Of a stretch of 64,000 nt of DNA, positions 1 through 11,314 are shown piece after piece. The position numbers were made by a program, and so were the translations under genes. A model generated the notes under the pieces. It was not told where the DNA came from. It was given only the letters and a program-made list of their open reading frames with translations, and searched no databases. Each line of letters begins with the position of its first letter. The first letter of the stretch is position 1. Origin of the DNA: an uncultured cyanobacterium (lineage in GTDB: Bacteria; Cyanobacteriota; Cyanobacteriia; Cyanobacteriales; CAWUOF01); the NCBI GenBank assembly GCA_963744145.1, contig CAVUSO010000001.1, positions 4,960,001 to 5,024,000 on the forward strand, given 5' to 3'.

Positions 1-218
1 CCTCGCGATCGGGTGACTGCAATTGCCAGCAGAAGATTTACGACTAGCTAATTTTTAGACAGATGAGTTATCTTAAGAAATTCATCAATCTATGTTAAGA
101 AATTCATCAATTTACTGGCACTATTATAGGGTAAGGTAATAAGGTGTGCAAAAATGAACCTAATGCCTATTTAGAGGCAAAACTTAGTAGAGTATCTGCA
201 GGTTAAAGAGATCAAAGA

Positions 219-332
219 ATGGCTTTTCCCCAGGACTGGAAAACATGGGAAAGAGAAGTAGCTAAATTAATTGCTCGAACCTGGTTGATTCAATTCCCAG
301 CCCGTCGCTTCCAAGATGGGAGCCGAAATTAA
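219..332 (+). pseudogene. Fragment resembling a nitrile-hydratase-leader (NHLP) RiPP precursor
   Basis: Manual translation MAFPQDWKTWEREVAKLIARTWL... resembles the NHLP leader motif (xEAKLIAxAW); it lies directly upstream of the YcaO/ThcOx fragments. Confidence 0.45.
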
Positions 333-371
333 TGATTTAGACTTGCTCATCGGTCGCGATTCTGCTTCCAG

Positions 372-741
372 GTGGGACTCATTATGACCCTTGGTATGAA
401 TGTAGTTAAAGTTATAGTTCCAGGAATACGACACTTTTGGAGAAAAACCGGTCTGGGAAGACTATATGATGTACCTGTCAAGTTAGGTTGGTTATCAGAA
501 TGTTTTTTAGGAAAAATTCCCCCGCTTGCTGCGGTGAAACCGAAAAGATCGGGGGAAATTATAGAGCTATATAAACCCGATCTTCAAACTCTAAAACAAA
601 CTGATCCTTCTTTTACCCAAATTTTAGAAGAGAGGAAATCGATCCCAGAGCAAAGGCAAAAAACCGATCACAGCTCAACAATTAGGTGAATTTCTTTATC
701 GGTCAGCGCGAGTTAAAGAAATAATATATACAAATAACTAA
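372..741 (+). pseudogene. Chimeric remnant: YcaO cyclodehydratase C-terminus joined to a SagB/ThcOx dehydrogenase internal fragment
   Basis: NVVKVIVPGIRHFW..GRLYDVPVKLGW matches the PatD/TruD-type YcaO C-terminus. FLGKIPPLAAVKP..YKPDL..FTQILEERKSI and, after a frameshift, PITAQQLGEFLYRSARVKE match ThcOx. Confidence 0.8.
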
Positions 742-754
742 TGGGAAAATCAAG

Positions 755-3223
755 CTAGTAAGTGCCACACAGTGGTGATCTTAACCACAGGGAATGAGGT
801 GTATTGTCGAGTCCAGAAACAGTCAGCACTACCTGACCATTAGCATCAAATACCCATCCGGTAGCTTCCACAATTCTCTCAGAGCTGGAAGATTTAGTCC
901 TAGGGGTTAAGGATTGAAAATTTTGATCATCTCGATTGATACTAGAGACCCCATTTCCTGGCTGAACATTTCCTAAATCAGCGATCGCAAATTTTTTATC
1001 TAACAGATCAGTTGGCTGAGGAGGTATTCCACCTCGACCTGTTAGATAAAAGCTACTATTGCGACTTTTATCACAACTATTACCTACCAAGCTAGAAGCA
1101 TCTAAGATTGTTTTGGATAAATGAATTAAGCCTTTACTGGGGTCAAGGTCAGGAGTTTTAATGGCAACTACACCATTGACTCCCAATTCAGAAACCGCAG
1201 TAATTTGATTATCGGTCGAAGTAAATAGTCCTTGAGTAGTGATATCAATATTACCACCGTGACCTTTAACAGCATTAGCAGTAATCTTACTATTTTCTAA
1301 AAGAGCTAAGGTATTGGTAGAAATATTAATGTCTCCACCATTACCACTACCACCAGCAGTAGCAGTAATATTACTATCTCGGCGCAGTTGAATATTCTGC
1401 CCTTGCAAGACAATATTACCACCTTCACCATTAACTGTGCTAGCAGTAATGCCGCCCAGATTATTTAAAAAAGAAGTGCCCGCATTAATATTCAATGTTC
1501 CGGCACTACCTATCCCCTGATTGGTGACATTGACTAAACCGCTATTGAGGACATTCAATTTCGGAGTATTAATAGTAACATTTCCGGTTTTTCCACTCGG
1601 TTGAGGAGGCAATCCCAAATATTGTTGTAACCCTGGATCAGCAATTAAAGCGGAGGCAGTAATCTGAGATGGATTAAGAAATCCGACGGCTTGACCATTG
1701 ATTTCGACAGATTTGAAAGCATTGACAGTCACGTTACCCGCATCACCTTGTGCATAAGTTGCACTAGAAACTTCTGCGCCATTATTTATGGTTAACGTTT
1801 GGGTATTAATTAGTAAGCTACCACCATTTCCTGAACCGTAAGTTGCCACTGCTAAGGTACTAAAATTGTTAGTAGATATGGCTGTTCCTGTGCCAGCAAC
1901 ATTTATTTGATCTGCAAAAATAGTTAATTTACCACCGTTGCCAGAACTGATGGTACTATCAAGCATAATTGCCCCCTGTAAAATATTCAATTGACTGGTT
2001 GATATGGTTAAATTTCCCGCCGTTCCTGGACCAAAAGTTACATTACTAATGGCTGTAGGATAGGTGTCTACTTCGACAGATTTAGAAGCATTTATATTCA
2101 CATTCCCACCTTGACCAAGAGCAAAATTTACCGTACCTAATTGACCGACATCTTTCAGCAATAAGCTTTTAGTTGAAATCTGAATATTTCCACCATTTCC
2201 GGTTGTGAATGTTTGGGTATATATACTAGCAGGGAGTAGGCCATCTGAAGCCAAACCACCTAATTGGAGAGATTCAGAGCCATTAATCGTGATATCTCCC
2301 GTTGGTTGAATCCCGTCATTTTCAATCAATATGGCTGATCCATTATTAAGGATAATATTTTTACCTTGCACCGAAATAAATCCACCTCCTTGACTAGTGC
2401 TAGCATCAAGTAATGATTGTTGCCATAAATTTATATCATTAAAATTTTGCACAGCTTGATAGTTAAAAATCCACCCAGTTGCTGTGGAATTAAAACTCAC
2501 ATTTCCCGGTCCAACACTACCTAATTCAATGCGTCCTCCAGGTGCTACCAATACACCTCCTTGCAAGTTAATCCCACTCCCAATTAAAGCTAAGGATTGT
2601 CCTTGTGCTACTTGCAAGCTGCTGGGATTATTTCCTCTGATTAGGTGAGAGTAAACTGAATCAGTAGTGATCGCAGAACCTAGACCAGTAAAATTAATAG
2701 CTCCCGCATTTTGACCAATCTGTAACCCAACGGGTATACTCATGGTTAGTAATGGTGCAGTTTGAGGATTAGTCGCACTAAATCCAGTTCCATCCGCAAA
2801 ACTAATACTATTTGCGGTACTTCCTAAAAATGACCCACCGATATTTAACGCTGCATGAGTGCCAAAATTAATCCCATAAGGATTGATCAAAAATAAATTA
2901 GTCGTACCATTAGCTTTGAGAGTACCATCAATATTAGAACTAGAACTACCTGTTACGCGAGTGATAATATTCTGGACATCTAAAGCATTATTAAAAAATG
3001 CCGTACCCCCAGTGGGGACGGAAAAATTCTGAAAACTATGAAATAAGTTGCTCCCAGCTCTACTACCACCAGTGATAGAGATAATATTACCATTAGAATT
3101 AACCAGAGAGTTGGCTGGCAAAGTCGCATCCGGGATAATTTGTGCTATGATTGGGCTAGCTGAACCGAGTAATGAGCAAAATAAACTACCAGCCATCCAG
3201 AGGAAATAATTTTGTACTTGCAT
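755..3223 (-). CDS. Filamentous haemagglutinin N-terminal (TPS) domain protein
   Basis: Signal peptide, NLFHSFQNFSV..NIITRVTG..NLFLINPYGI TPS motif, Gly/Asn-rich beta-helix repeats and the cyanobacterial C-terminal IVEATGW motif. Confidence 0.9.
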   Translation of the reverse strand: MQVQNYFLWMAGSLFCSLLGSASPIIAQIIPDATLPANSLVNSNGNIISITGGSRAGSNLFHSFQNFSVPTGGTAFFNNALDVQNIITRVTGSSSSNIDGTLKANGTTNLFLINPYGINFGTHAALNIGGSFLGSTANSISFADGTGFSATNPQTAPLLTMSIPVGLQIGQNAGAINFTGLGSAITTDSVYSHLIRGNNPSSLQVAQGQSLALIGSGINLQGGVLVAPGGRIELGSVGPGNVSFNSTATGWIFNYQAVQNFNDINLWQQSLLDASTSQGGGFISVQGKNIILNNGSAILIENDGIQPTGDITINGSESLQLGGLASDGLLPASIYTQTFTTGNGGNIQISTKSLLLKDVGQLGTVNFALGQGGNVNINASKSVEVDTYPTAISNVTFGPGTAGNLTISTSQLNILQGAIMLDSTISSGNGGKLTIFADQINVAGTGTAISTNNFSTLAVATYGSGNGGSLLINTQTLTINNGAEVSSATYAQGDAGNVTVNAFKSVEINGQAVGFLNPSQITASALIADPGLQQYLGLPPQPSGKTGNVTINTPKLNVLNSGLVNVTNQGIGSAGTLNINAGTSFLNNLGGITASTVNGEGGNIVLQGQNIQLRRDSNITATAGGSGNGGDINISTNTLALLENSKITANAVKGHGGNIDITTQGLFTSTDNQITAVSELGVNGVVAIKTPDLDPSKGLIHLSKTILDASSLVGNSCDKSRNSSFYLTGRGGIPPQPTDLLDKKFAIADLGNVQPGNGVSSINRDDQNFQSLTPRTKSSSSERIVEATGWVFDANGQVVLTVSGLDNTPHSLWLRSPLCGTY

Positions 3224-3456
3224 ATCTAAAAATTACGTGATTAGACACAATAGCTAAGGAATTCAACGATAACTCTAACATTTTTTATACCCATTAGGGT
3301 GAAGATCAATACAATGTAATGTTCTATGATCGATCGCGAGCTATTCTCGACTGGCGATCGCCATATTTAATTATTTACTGGCCAGAGGATATTCATCAAG
3401 TTTTGCTCTGATCAAAATCCATAACTAGAAAACTCAAACCAATGGAACCAATCATA

Positions 3457-3660
3457 CTACTCAACCGTTTTTTGTTGGTGTAACTGTAATAGATGCTGCC
3501 CATTAAAATGGATTAAATGAGTCGGAGTTTCCGCAATCCAGACATCTGTTTCCCAAGCAAGATTAGTTAAATATTCCATCATTGCTTTGCGATCGAGGAA
3601 AGTTGTCACCATTACCAGAGGAATCTGAGACCCCCTAAACAGTTTTTCTAGCTCATTCTT
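3457..3660 (-). pseudogene. Out-of-frame C-terminal fragment of the BsuBI/PstI endonuclease
   Basis: Manual translation KNELEKLFRGSQIPLVMVTTFLDRKAMMEYLTNLAWETDVWIAETPTHLIHFNG...* matches the family C-terminus (AWETEVW..HLIHFNG). Confidence 0.85.
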
Positions 3661-5678
3661 AAATAAGCCCGGATGTTTTTATCCCATTCAGATGTATTGT
3701 AGGTATGTAGAAGCTCTAAAGCACTTTCTTCTACCTGATAAACTGTCTTTGGGCTATTGATAGGACGCTCTAGATCGTCTGGATTAGCAACAATCAGTCC
3801 AGCATCTAGAAACTGATGAATAGTCTGACGACGAACTGTCTCGCGGGTATTGGGTTTATATGTTTTACCATAATGTTCAGCCATAAAATCCATCATAGGT
3901 GTAATACCCATGAAGGGAGATGAAGATGTTTGCCAAGATTGACCAGGTTTAAGATTAATCAGAGCCAATAAAGTCAATGCCGATCGCTCATTCAATTGAG
4001 CGCGGGGAAAACCAAGTTGTCTAAGAATTTCCAAAGCTTCATTAATCCTCAGTTTGATCATAGTCAAACTTTCATACTCCTGGTCTTGCATATTAAATAG
4101 CGTTTCTGCCACAATCTCATCGATCTTTTCCTGTGCAGGAAAATCCTTTTCAACCTGCTTTCCTAAAAGCAATAATTGCTCAAGAGTAGGATATTTCAGA
4201 TTTCGCAAATCAGTAGCATTAACCTGAGTATTTCCATTGAACAGCCGAAAAAAAGAATCCACCATGCTAGAGTTCAAATAAACAGCTAAACCCCTTGCTA
4301 GAGTAATATCTAAACCTTTTCCATCATGGTGAAAATAGTTGAGGTGATTTTCAAATCCAACCCAATTAAAATCAAACCGATCTGCTTCATAAACAGCAGC
4401 AACAATACGTTTTTTCTCTTCTTTAGTAGAAAACCGCTTAGTCAGAACATAATGACCATTAGGCACTAGCAAAGATGCTGTCTCATCAATATGCACTAAT
4501 GCTTGTGGTTTAAGAGTGCTTTTCGGATGTTCAACATATCCATTGTTTAAATTAACAGGATATATCAGGGGAACTGTGTCATCTTCAAGCAACAATCTCA
4601 GATACTCTTTAGCACGAAAATCAACAACTCGTCCTGTGGAAACTTTCAGGTTTAAATGATCAAGGCTACAGTTAAAATTCCCCATTCGCTCAATAATTTT
4701 CTCACTCAGAGCATCAGGAACAATCCGAATAAACTGGTCTGGATCATCAGAGTGAACTACTTCCCGATAAAACAAGGTGTTAGATATGAAGAAATCATCA
4801 TCTGCACTGATACTGGTATTAATCACCACTTCACTATTCTTTTGTCTCTGCTTTAGCGCATGAATAATGACCGTTTCCTGAAGAACATTATCATCCCTGA
4901 AAGCTTGCTGACGTGAATCAAACAAATGAATCTGTCGCAGAGCCATCAGCTCCAAAAACATTTGACGAAAGCTCTTGAAATAAGAGCCGTTGCAAAAGCT
5001 TCTGGGTGCGATCGCCACAAACTCACCACCATCAATAAGTAACTGTGCAGTAGCAGCCATAAAGCCGGGGTATATATTGCTTGTCTCTACCCCAATAGAC
5101 CGTAACAATCTACGGACATCAGAACGGGCATTAATTTTAAAATAAGGTGGATTTAAAATCGTGTGCGTAAAAAATGGTATTAAATTTTGATCAAAAAGGG
5201 TAGGAGCGAGAAAACTAGCTGCTTCCTTAATAAAATCTGCTTCATGAATAAAATACTTAAAAATAATCCCTTGAGTTCTGCATTGTTGCTCACAGAGTGC
5301 CAGAGTTTTTCGCAGGTATCCAATTAATATAGGATCAATTTCGTAAGCCACAACTTCGAGCAAATCTGGTCGTTTCTGCTGCTCACAGACATGAGCAACA
5401 AAAGCCGCAGATAAACAACCTGTACCAGCTCCAGCATCCAATAAACGTATATGAGACAAATCCAGCCTTTGAAACATTCTGACCATCAACTCAGCGACTG
5501 GCAAAGGCGTGAGAAACTGGCCTAATTTTTGTTGGCGATCGGGTTCAAGATGGTAACTAGCTAATATCCGCAGCATTTCTGCATCAACCATCCTAGGCTC
5601 ATATATATCTTGATCATGGTTGAGCAGACTTAACATATAGGGTCTAGCAACTGGAACTTTTTGAGTTCCAGTTGACAA
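3648..5678 (-). CDS. N6-adenine DNA methyltransferase (BsuBI/PstI-type) fused to the N-terminal part of a BsuBI/PstI restriction endonuclease
   Basis: GQFLTP, LLDAGAGTG (motif I) and NPPY (motif IV). The C-terminal ~140 aa (ERSALTLLAL..YKPNTRETVRRQTIHQF..NSPKTVYQ) match the REase N-terminal domain. Confidence 0.88.
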   Translation of the reverse strand: MSTGTQKVPVARPYMLSLLNHDQDIYEPRMVDAEMLRILASYHLEPDRQQKLGQFLTPLPVAELMVRMFQRLDLSHIRLLDAGAGTGCLSAAFVAHVCEQQKRPDLLEVVAYEIDPILIGYLRKTLALCEQQCRTQGIIFKYFIHEADFIKEAASFLAPTLFDQNLIPFFTHTILNPPYFKINARSDVRRLLRSIGVETSNIYPGFMAATAQLLIDGGEFVAIAPRSFCNGSYFKSFRQMFLELMALRQIHLFDSRQQAFRDDNVLQETVIIHALKQRQKNSEVVINTSISADDDFFISNTLFYREVVHSDDPDQFIRIVPDALSEKIIERMGNFNCSLDHLNLKVSTGRVVDFRAKEYLRLLLEDDTVPLIYPVNLNNGYVEHPKSTLKPQALVHIDETASLLVPNGHYVLTKRFSTKEEKKRIVAAVYEADRFDFNWVGFENHLNYFHHDGKGLDITLARGLAVYLNSSMVDSFFRLFNGNTQVNATDLRNLKYPTLEQLLLLGKQVEKDFPAQEKIDEIVAETLFNMQDQEYESLTMIKLRINEALEILRQLGFPRAQLNERSALTLLALINLKPGQSWQTSSSPFMGITPMMDFMAEHYGKTYKPNTRETVRRQTIHQFLDAGLIVANPDDLERPINSPKTVYQVEESALELLHTYNTSEWDKNIRAYLRMS

Positions 5679-5698
5679 ATAACTACTAGCAAATAAGT

Positions 5699-5941
5699 TT
5701 ACTCATCATAGATCCGACATTCAACTGCATCAGGATTATCATCACAGTATTTGTCAAAGGAATTTTTGACCGGGTTTTGGCGTTGATGAGCGGCTTCCGC
5801 TTGCAGTTCTTCAACAGCATCCCATGCGGCGGCACACTCGCCAGATTGTGCGCCACTTATGTCGCAGACAGTGCGAGCGGCCTGACGCTCTTCTTCGATT
5901 TTTGCTTGGATATCGTTCATGGATTTAGTTATTTGAATCAC
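5699..5941 (-). CDS. cp12: Calvin cycle regulatory protein CP12 (true start may be the MNDIQ Met at 5920)
   Basis: AWDAVEEL core, N-terminal Cys pair and C-terminal CDDNPDAVECRIYDE. Confidence 0.95.
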   Translation of the reverse strand: MIQITKSMNDIQAKIEEERQAARTVCDISGAQSGECAAAWDAVEELQAEAAHQRQNPVKNSFDKYCDDNPDAVECRIYDE

Positions 5942-6280
5942 TTTCTTAACATTCTGATTCCCTATTTAGGGATCGGATGCTTGGCGGATTTCGGGACAAA
6001 GATCCCGGTCGAACGCTCAAGTCCAAAGATACACTAGATTTTCAGTTGACAAGTCCAGAAGGGATAGTCTGAATACCACCTTCTGAAAAACTTATTATAA
6101 CATAATATTCACAATAGTTAAACCCTTGAACCCATGCCATGACCACCAGATCCAGATGGCAGTTGGTGAGCGGAGTCCAACTATTTATTTTATGGATAGG
6201 ATGTAGTTTTTATCATTGATTGCATACCGACCGACCTAATCTGTATGTAGGATGGGGAAAAAGGCCGCATTAGGTTAAAC

Positions 6281-8908
6281 ATGCTCTCCCCTGGACAAGT
6301 TATTCCCACGGCCCTGCACTCAGAGATGCAACGGTCGTACCTTGAATATGCCATGAGTGTCATCGTTGGACGGGCCTTGCCCGATGTCCGCGATGGCCTC
6401 AAGCCGGTTCACCGGCGAATTTTGTATGCGATGCACGAACTCGGTCTGACCCCAGATCGGCCCTATCGCAAGTGCGCTCGTGTAGTCGGAGATGTATTAG
6501 GGAAGTACCATCCCCACGGCGATCAGGCAGTTTATGATGCCCTGGTGCGGATGGTGCAAGACTTCTCTAGTCGTTATCCCTTACTAGCTGGCCACGGCAA
6601 CTTTGGGTCAGTGGATAATGACCCACCTGCGGCCATGCGCTATACCGAAACTCGTTTAGCATCGATCAGCCATGAAGCCATGCTCAGTGAGATTGGTGAA
6701 GCCACGGTCGATTTTATTGGTAACTTTGACAACTCTCAGCAAGAACCAGTCGTCCTGCCCGCCCTATTGCCGATTTTATTGCTGAATGGTTGTTCGGGTA
6801 TTGCGGTGGGAATGGCTACCAATATTCCTCCCCATAACCTGGGAGAAGTGGTAGATGGTTTAATCGCTTTAATTGATCACCCGGATTTAACTGATGAACA
6901 GCTATTTAAATTAATTCCAGCACCAGACTTTCCTACTGGTGGAGAAATCGTCGGCTCAGAAGGCATTCGCGATGCTTATACCACGGGGAAAGGTAGTATT
7001 ACTGTGCGCGGAATTGCCAAATTTGAGGAAGTTGTCACCAGTGGCAAAAGAAAACAGCGTCGCACAGCGATTATTGTCACTGAGTTACCTTTTCAGGTGA
7101 ATAAAGCTGCTTGGATTGAAAAGGTGGCTCAATTGGTAAATGGTGGACATCTGGAAGGTGTAGCCGATTTACGTGATGAAAGCGATCGCGATGGGATTCG
7201 AGTGGTAATTGAGGTCAAACGAGAAGCTAACCCCGAGTCAGTTTTGGCTCATCTATATCAGCAAACGGCTTTGCAAAGTACCTTTGGGGCGATTTTGTTA
7301 GCTTTGGTGGATGGTTTGCCACGTCAACTTAGTTTACGTCAATTGCTGGCACAATTTTTGCAATTTCGGGAAGCTACTTTAAATCGGCGTTATCAACATG
7401 AACTAGAATGTGCCCAACGTCGCATCCATATTGTGCGCGGATTGGTGGAAGCTCTGGAAAATTTAGATGCTTTAATCTCAATTCTCCGCCAATCTGCCGA
7501 TGGAACGACTGCGAAAAAAACCCTTCAGCAGCGATATGATTTAAGTGATGCTCAAGCTGATGCGATTTTAGCAATGCCCTTACGTCGGATTACGGGATTG
7601 GAGCGTCAGAGTTTACAAGATGAAGAAGGTCAACTAGCAGAGCAAATTGCCAAATTGCAAGTGTTACTAAGCGATCGCGCGGAGCTATTAAAAGCTTTGA
7701 AAAAAGAACTGCGATCGCTCAAACGCAAATATGCAGATCCCAGACGTACCCGTTTACCCAAACCAAGTAATCTCACTCCAGCAAAAGCCCAGGAACCATC
7801 AGCCCAAAAAGTTGCCGATTCAGAGGAGAAAAACCCCACCCCTGATTCTACAGTTAAACGCGATCGCAAATCTACCAAGGAGCGAAATTCATCTTCCCCA
7901 TCAAGTTCAGCTACTCCTAATGACGATCGCTCTATTGATCAATCGACTGCTACCCAACTGTCTCTACTCCAAGAAGAAGCTGAAACAGTTTTAGAATTTA
8001 CCCAACGGGGTTATATCCGACGTTTACCAATTTCTGCTAGTTCTGGTGAGCGGAACTCCAAAAAACGCAAATCCCCAAATCCAATTGTCGATCATGACTT
8101 CATGCTCCAGAGTCAAATCGTTAAACCTGACCAAAATGTCTTGGTCTTAACTCGTCATGGTAAAGCTTATGGAATCAAAGTGCGCGATATTCCTAATACA
8201 TTACCAACAGAGCGGGGAACACCACTGATCAGTTTATTACCGACAGGTGCCCAAAGTGAACAAGCTAATATCGTTAAATCCTTAGTGATGTCTGAATCTC
8301 TTAGTGATTCTCAGCTGGTACTCCTGACTCAGAGTGGTCGGATGAAACGTTTACCTATGTGGGAATTAGCTAGTTTAAGTAGTCGTGGACTGTCAGTTTT
8401 CAAGCTGAAAGAAGATGACGAGTTGTTATATGCTAATCTGACCACCACGACTGAACATCTGGTTTTAGCTACTACGGGTGGACGTTTGCTCCGGTTAGAA
8501 ATTAACGATCAACAACTACCTGTCATGGGTCGGACTGGATTAGGATATCCAGCTTTACCATTAGGTAAACGGGAACAATTAGTTGCTCAAGTTACTATTC
8601 ATCCTCACGGCGACCTATTCTTGGTGTCAGAACAGGGTTATGCTAAACGTATGCCCTTAAGTGCCTTACGATTGTCTAACCGAGGAGATCTTGGCACTCA
8701 AGCGTTACAATTTACCTCGAAGACTGATGTGTTAGCGGGAATGATTGCTGTACCCCCAACTGGTGAAGTAATTGTCATTACTCATAACCAAAGGTTAGTC
8801 CCAATTCCTGTTGATTCCGTAGCATTAAGGGGAAAAGATGGTAGTGGTGAACGTTTGGGTCAACTTCAACCAGGTGAAAAAGTTATTTCTGTGGTTAGTG
8901 GTGAATAG
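6281..8908 (+). CDS. DNA gyrase/topoisomerase IV subunit A (second cyanobacterial paralogue, ParC-like)
   Basis: [33 protein letters not shown], catalytic AAMRYTE and a C-terminal pinwheel; no clear QRRGGKG GyrA-box. Confidence 0.92.
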   Translation: MLSPGQVIPTALHSEMQRSYLEYAMSVIVGRALPDVRDGLKPVHRRILYAMHELGLTPDRPYRKCARVVGDVLGKYHPHGDQAVYDALVRMVQDFSSRYPLLAGHGNFGSVDNDPPAAMRYTETRLASISHEAMLSEIGEATVDFIGNFDNSQQEPVVLPALLPILLLNGCSGIAVGMATNIPPHNLGEVVDGLIALIDHPDLTDEQLFKLIPAPDFPTGGEIVGSEGIRDAYTTGKGSITVRGIAKFEEVVTSGKRKQRRTAIIVTELPFQVNKAAWIEKVAQLVNGGHLEGVADLRDESDRDGIRVVIEVKREANPESVLAHLYQQTALQSTFGAILLALVDGLPRQLSLRQLLAQFLQFREATLNRRYQHELECAQRRIHIVRGLVEALENLDALISILRQSADGTTAKKTLQQRYDLSDAQADAILAMPLRRITGLERQSLQDEEGQLAEQIAKLQVLLSDRAELLKALKKELRSLKRKYADPRRTRLPKPSNLTPAKAQEPSAQKVADSEEKNPTPDSTVKRDRKSTKERNSSSPSSSATPNDDRSIDQSTATQLSLLQEEAETVLEFTQRGYIRRLPISASSGERNSKKRKSPNPIVDHDFMLQSQIVKPDQNVLVLTRHGKAYGIKVRDIPNTLPTERGTPLISLLPTGAQSEQANIVKSLVMSESLSDSQLVLLTQSGRMKRLPMWELASLSSRGLSVFKLKEDDELLYANLTTTTEHLVLATTGGRLLRLEINDQQLPVMGRTGLGYPALPLGKREQLVAQVTIHPHGDLFLVSEQGYAKRMPLSALRLSNRGDLGTQALQFTSKTDVLAGMIAVPPTGEVIVITHNQRLVPIPVDSVALRGKDGSGERLGQLQPGEKVISVVSGE

Positions 8909-8980
8909 CTTGATAGTTTTCTGAGCGAATCGAAATTAGTGAGTAGTTACTAATGAGTCCAACTAACAAGATTTGAACAA

Positions 8981-10285
8981 ATGGCTAAGGTGGTTTTAGA
9001 AAACGTTTACAAAAGCTTCTCCCAGCGTCGTCAAAATCAGTCCAGAGAGAAAGCAACTAATCAATCTGAAGTTGCTTCTCACTCCTGGGATACTTTGGCT
9101 CAATCTGCGGTTTTACGACGCATTAATCTGACGGTAAATGATGGCGAATTTATGGTATTGGTGGGACCTTCAGGTTGTGGGAAAAGCACTCTGCTCCGAT
9201 TGATTGCAGGTTTGGAAGAGTTAAGTGCTGGTAATATTTGGGTTGGAGATGTTTTGGTGAATGAATTGTTACCGAAAGATCGCAATATGGCAATGGTGTT
9301 TCAAAGCTATGCTCTTTATCCTTTTATGAATGTGTACGATAATATCGCTTTTGGACTCCGACGGACTAATCAGCAACTAGCAAGCAAGTCTGATTTGTCC
9401 CATCCCCAATTGCATATTAATAATTGGTTGGAGCATCTGTTGGTGATGATCACGCGATCGCTTCCTCCCAATTTACGCTATTTATCAGCCCAGGAAAAAG
9501 CGGTAGATCAGCGCGTCCGGATGGTAGCTGATTTGTTGCAAATTGAATCCCTATTAGATCGACTACCAAAACAACTTTCCGGAGGACAAAAACAACGGGT
9601 AGCTCTCGGAAGAGCGATCGCTCGTAATCCCCAAGTATTTTTGATGGATGAACCTCTTTCTAATCTAGATGCTAAATTGCGGACTGAAACTCGTGCTAAT
9701 ATTGTGAAACTCCAGCGTCATTTAGGTACTACGACAATTTATGTTACCCATGATCAAACTGAAGCAATGACCATGGGTGATCGAATTGCGATTATGCACG
9801 CTGGTCAAATTCAACAAATTGCTCCTCCTTTAGCTATTTATAATCGACCCGTAAATAAATTTGTGGCTGAGTTTATTGGTTCTCCACCAATGAATTTTCT
9901 TTCTGTTCAATTTCAAGCACCTTTGTTGATTACTTTAGGTCAATTTCGGTTTACTTTACCCGATGTTTGGAAAAAAGTCCTGAAAAATTATGATGGACGT
10001 ACTTTAATTTTGGGGATTCGTCCCGAAGACCTAAGTATTGCTGTACCAGCTCTGAAAAATTTTCAAGTCCAAGTAGATTTAGTGGAAGCTCTTGGTAACG
10101 ATACTTACTTACATGTTAGTTTAATTGATCTAGCGGATCATGGTGTGAGATCAAATCTCCAAGTCCGAGTTGAACCAGATCGTTCTGTGCAAATTGGAGA
10201 AGAACTATGGTTATCGATCGCGATCTCAAAAATACATTTATTTGATCCAGAAACAGAACTAGCACTTATTCCTAGTAAGTTTTGA
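8981..10285 (+). CDS. Sugar ABC transporter ATP-binding protein (MalK/UgpC family)
   Basis: GPSGCGKS Walker A, LSGGQKQR signature, FLMDEPLSNLD, YVTHDQ and a TOBE-like C-terminus. Confidence 0.93.
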   Translation: MAKVVLENVYKSFSQRRQNQSREKATNQSEVASHSWDTLAQSAVLRRINLTVNDGEFMVLVGPSGCGKSTLLRLIAGLEELSAGNIWVGDVLVNELLPKDRNMAMVFQSYALYPFMNVYDNIAFGLRRTNQQLASKSDLSHPQLHINNWLEHLLVMITRSLPPNLRYLSAQEKAVDQRVRMVADLLQIESLLDRLPKQLSGGQKQRVALGRAIARNPQVFLMDEPLSNLDAKLRTETRANIVKLQRHLGTTTIYVTHDQTEAMTMGDRIAIMHAGQIQQIAPPLAIYNRPVNKFVAEFIGSPPMNFLSVQFQAPLLITLGQFRFTLPDVWKKVLKNYDGRTLILGIRPEDLSIAVPALKNFQVQVDLVEALGNDTYLHVSLIDLADHGVRSNLQVRVEPDRSVQIGEELWLSIAISKIHLFDPETELALIPSKF

Positions 10286-10385
10286 TCCGCTCTGCTGCGA
10301 TCTGGATATCCCCCATTAAACTGCATCATGATCTATGAGGGATACCGATCGCGATTCCTAATTATTTTCGGACTTAAGTTAACAA

Positions 10386-11174
10386 ATGATGAAATCTAGG
10401 AGTTTTATGCAATTGTCTCAACCTGATTCTGGGAATGTTGCGAAGTTAAATAAATGGAGAAAATCTGTCAGTTTTACTACTTTAATTTTCATTAATATGC
10501 TGCTCTTTGAGTTGGTCAAACCCAGTCAAGCGATCGCTGAATCTGAGACATTAGAAATCAATGGAAATGTTAACGCGACTGAACATCGAGGGCAAATATA
10601 TCAAGAATTTAGGTATAATTGTTTACCTGGTCAAACCATTGGTAGTGCTTGGGGAACAGATATTTATACAGATGACTCTTCAATTTGTCAAGCAGCAACT
10701 CATGCGGGAATAATTACCGAGAGTGGTGGTCTAGTTATCATTAAAATATTACCAGGTAAAGCCTCCTATACAGGAACTTTTCGTCATGGGGTGCAGACTC
10801 AGGATTGGGGGAACTGGTATGGTAGTTTTATATTTGTAAATCAGGGTAGTGGTGAGCCAATTAGTAATCCAGAAATACCCCTAATCGATGGTAATATTAA
10901 TGCTACTGATCATCAAAATCAGATTGGACAAGAATTTACTTATTGTTGCTTACCAAATAGTCTAATTGGTAATGTTTGGGGAACCAATATTTATACAGTT
11001 GATTCTTCAATTTGTACTGCTGCTATTCATCGGGGAATAATTGATCAAACTACAGGAGGTACTGTAACAATTAGAATTATCCCAGGACGATCAGCTTATC
11101 GTAGTAGTACCAGACATGGTATTAAAAGCCATGAGTGGGGTAGTTATCCTAGCAGTTTTGTATTTATGAGATGA
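10386..11174 (+). CDS. Secreted protein with two tandem LCCL domains
   Basis: Two copies of WGTxIYTxDSSICxAAxHxGII..GG.VxIxI.PG..Y....RHG; N-terminal hydrophobic signal-like segment. Confidence 0.85.
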   Translation: MMKSRSFMQLSQPDSGNVAKLNKWRKSVSFTTLIFINMLLFELVKPSQAIAESETLEINGNVNATEHRGQIYQEFRYNCLPGQTIGSAWGTDIYTDDSSICQAATHAGIITESGGLVIIKILPGKASYTGTFRHGVQTQDWGNWYGSFIFVNQGSGEPISNPEIPLIDGNINATDHQNQIGQEFTYCCLPNSLIGNVWGTNIYTVDSSICTAAIHRGIIDQTTGGTVTIRIIPGRSAYRSSTRHGIKSHEWGSYPSSFVFMR

Positions 11175-11314
11175 ATTAGGTGCAAAAAGGATATTTTCCG
11201 GTGGATGCTCGCTCCCCATTCATCACCGTTGGTCTTAATTATTCCGTTGTTACCCCTCTAGACAATTATTCTAAATGTATTTATGATTTATCTATCAACT
11301 TTATTGTCATATAT

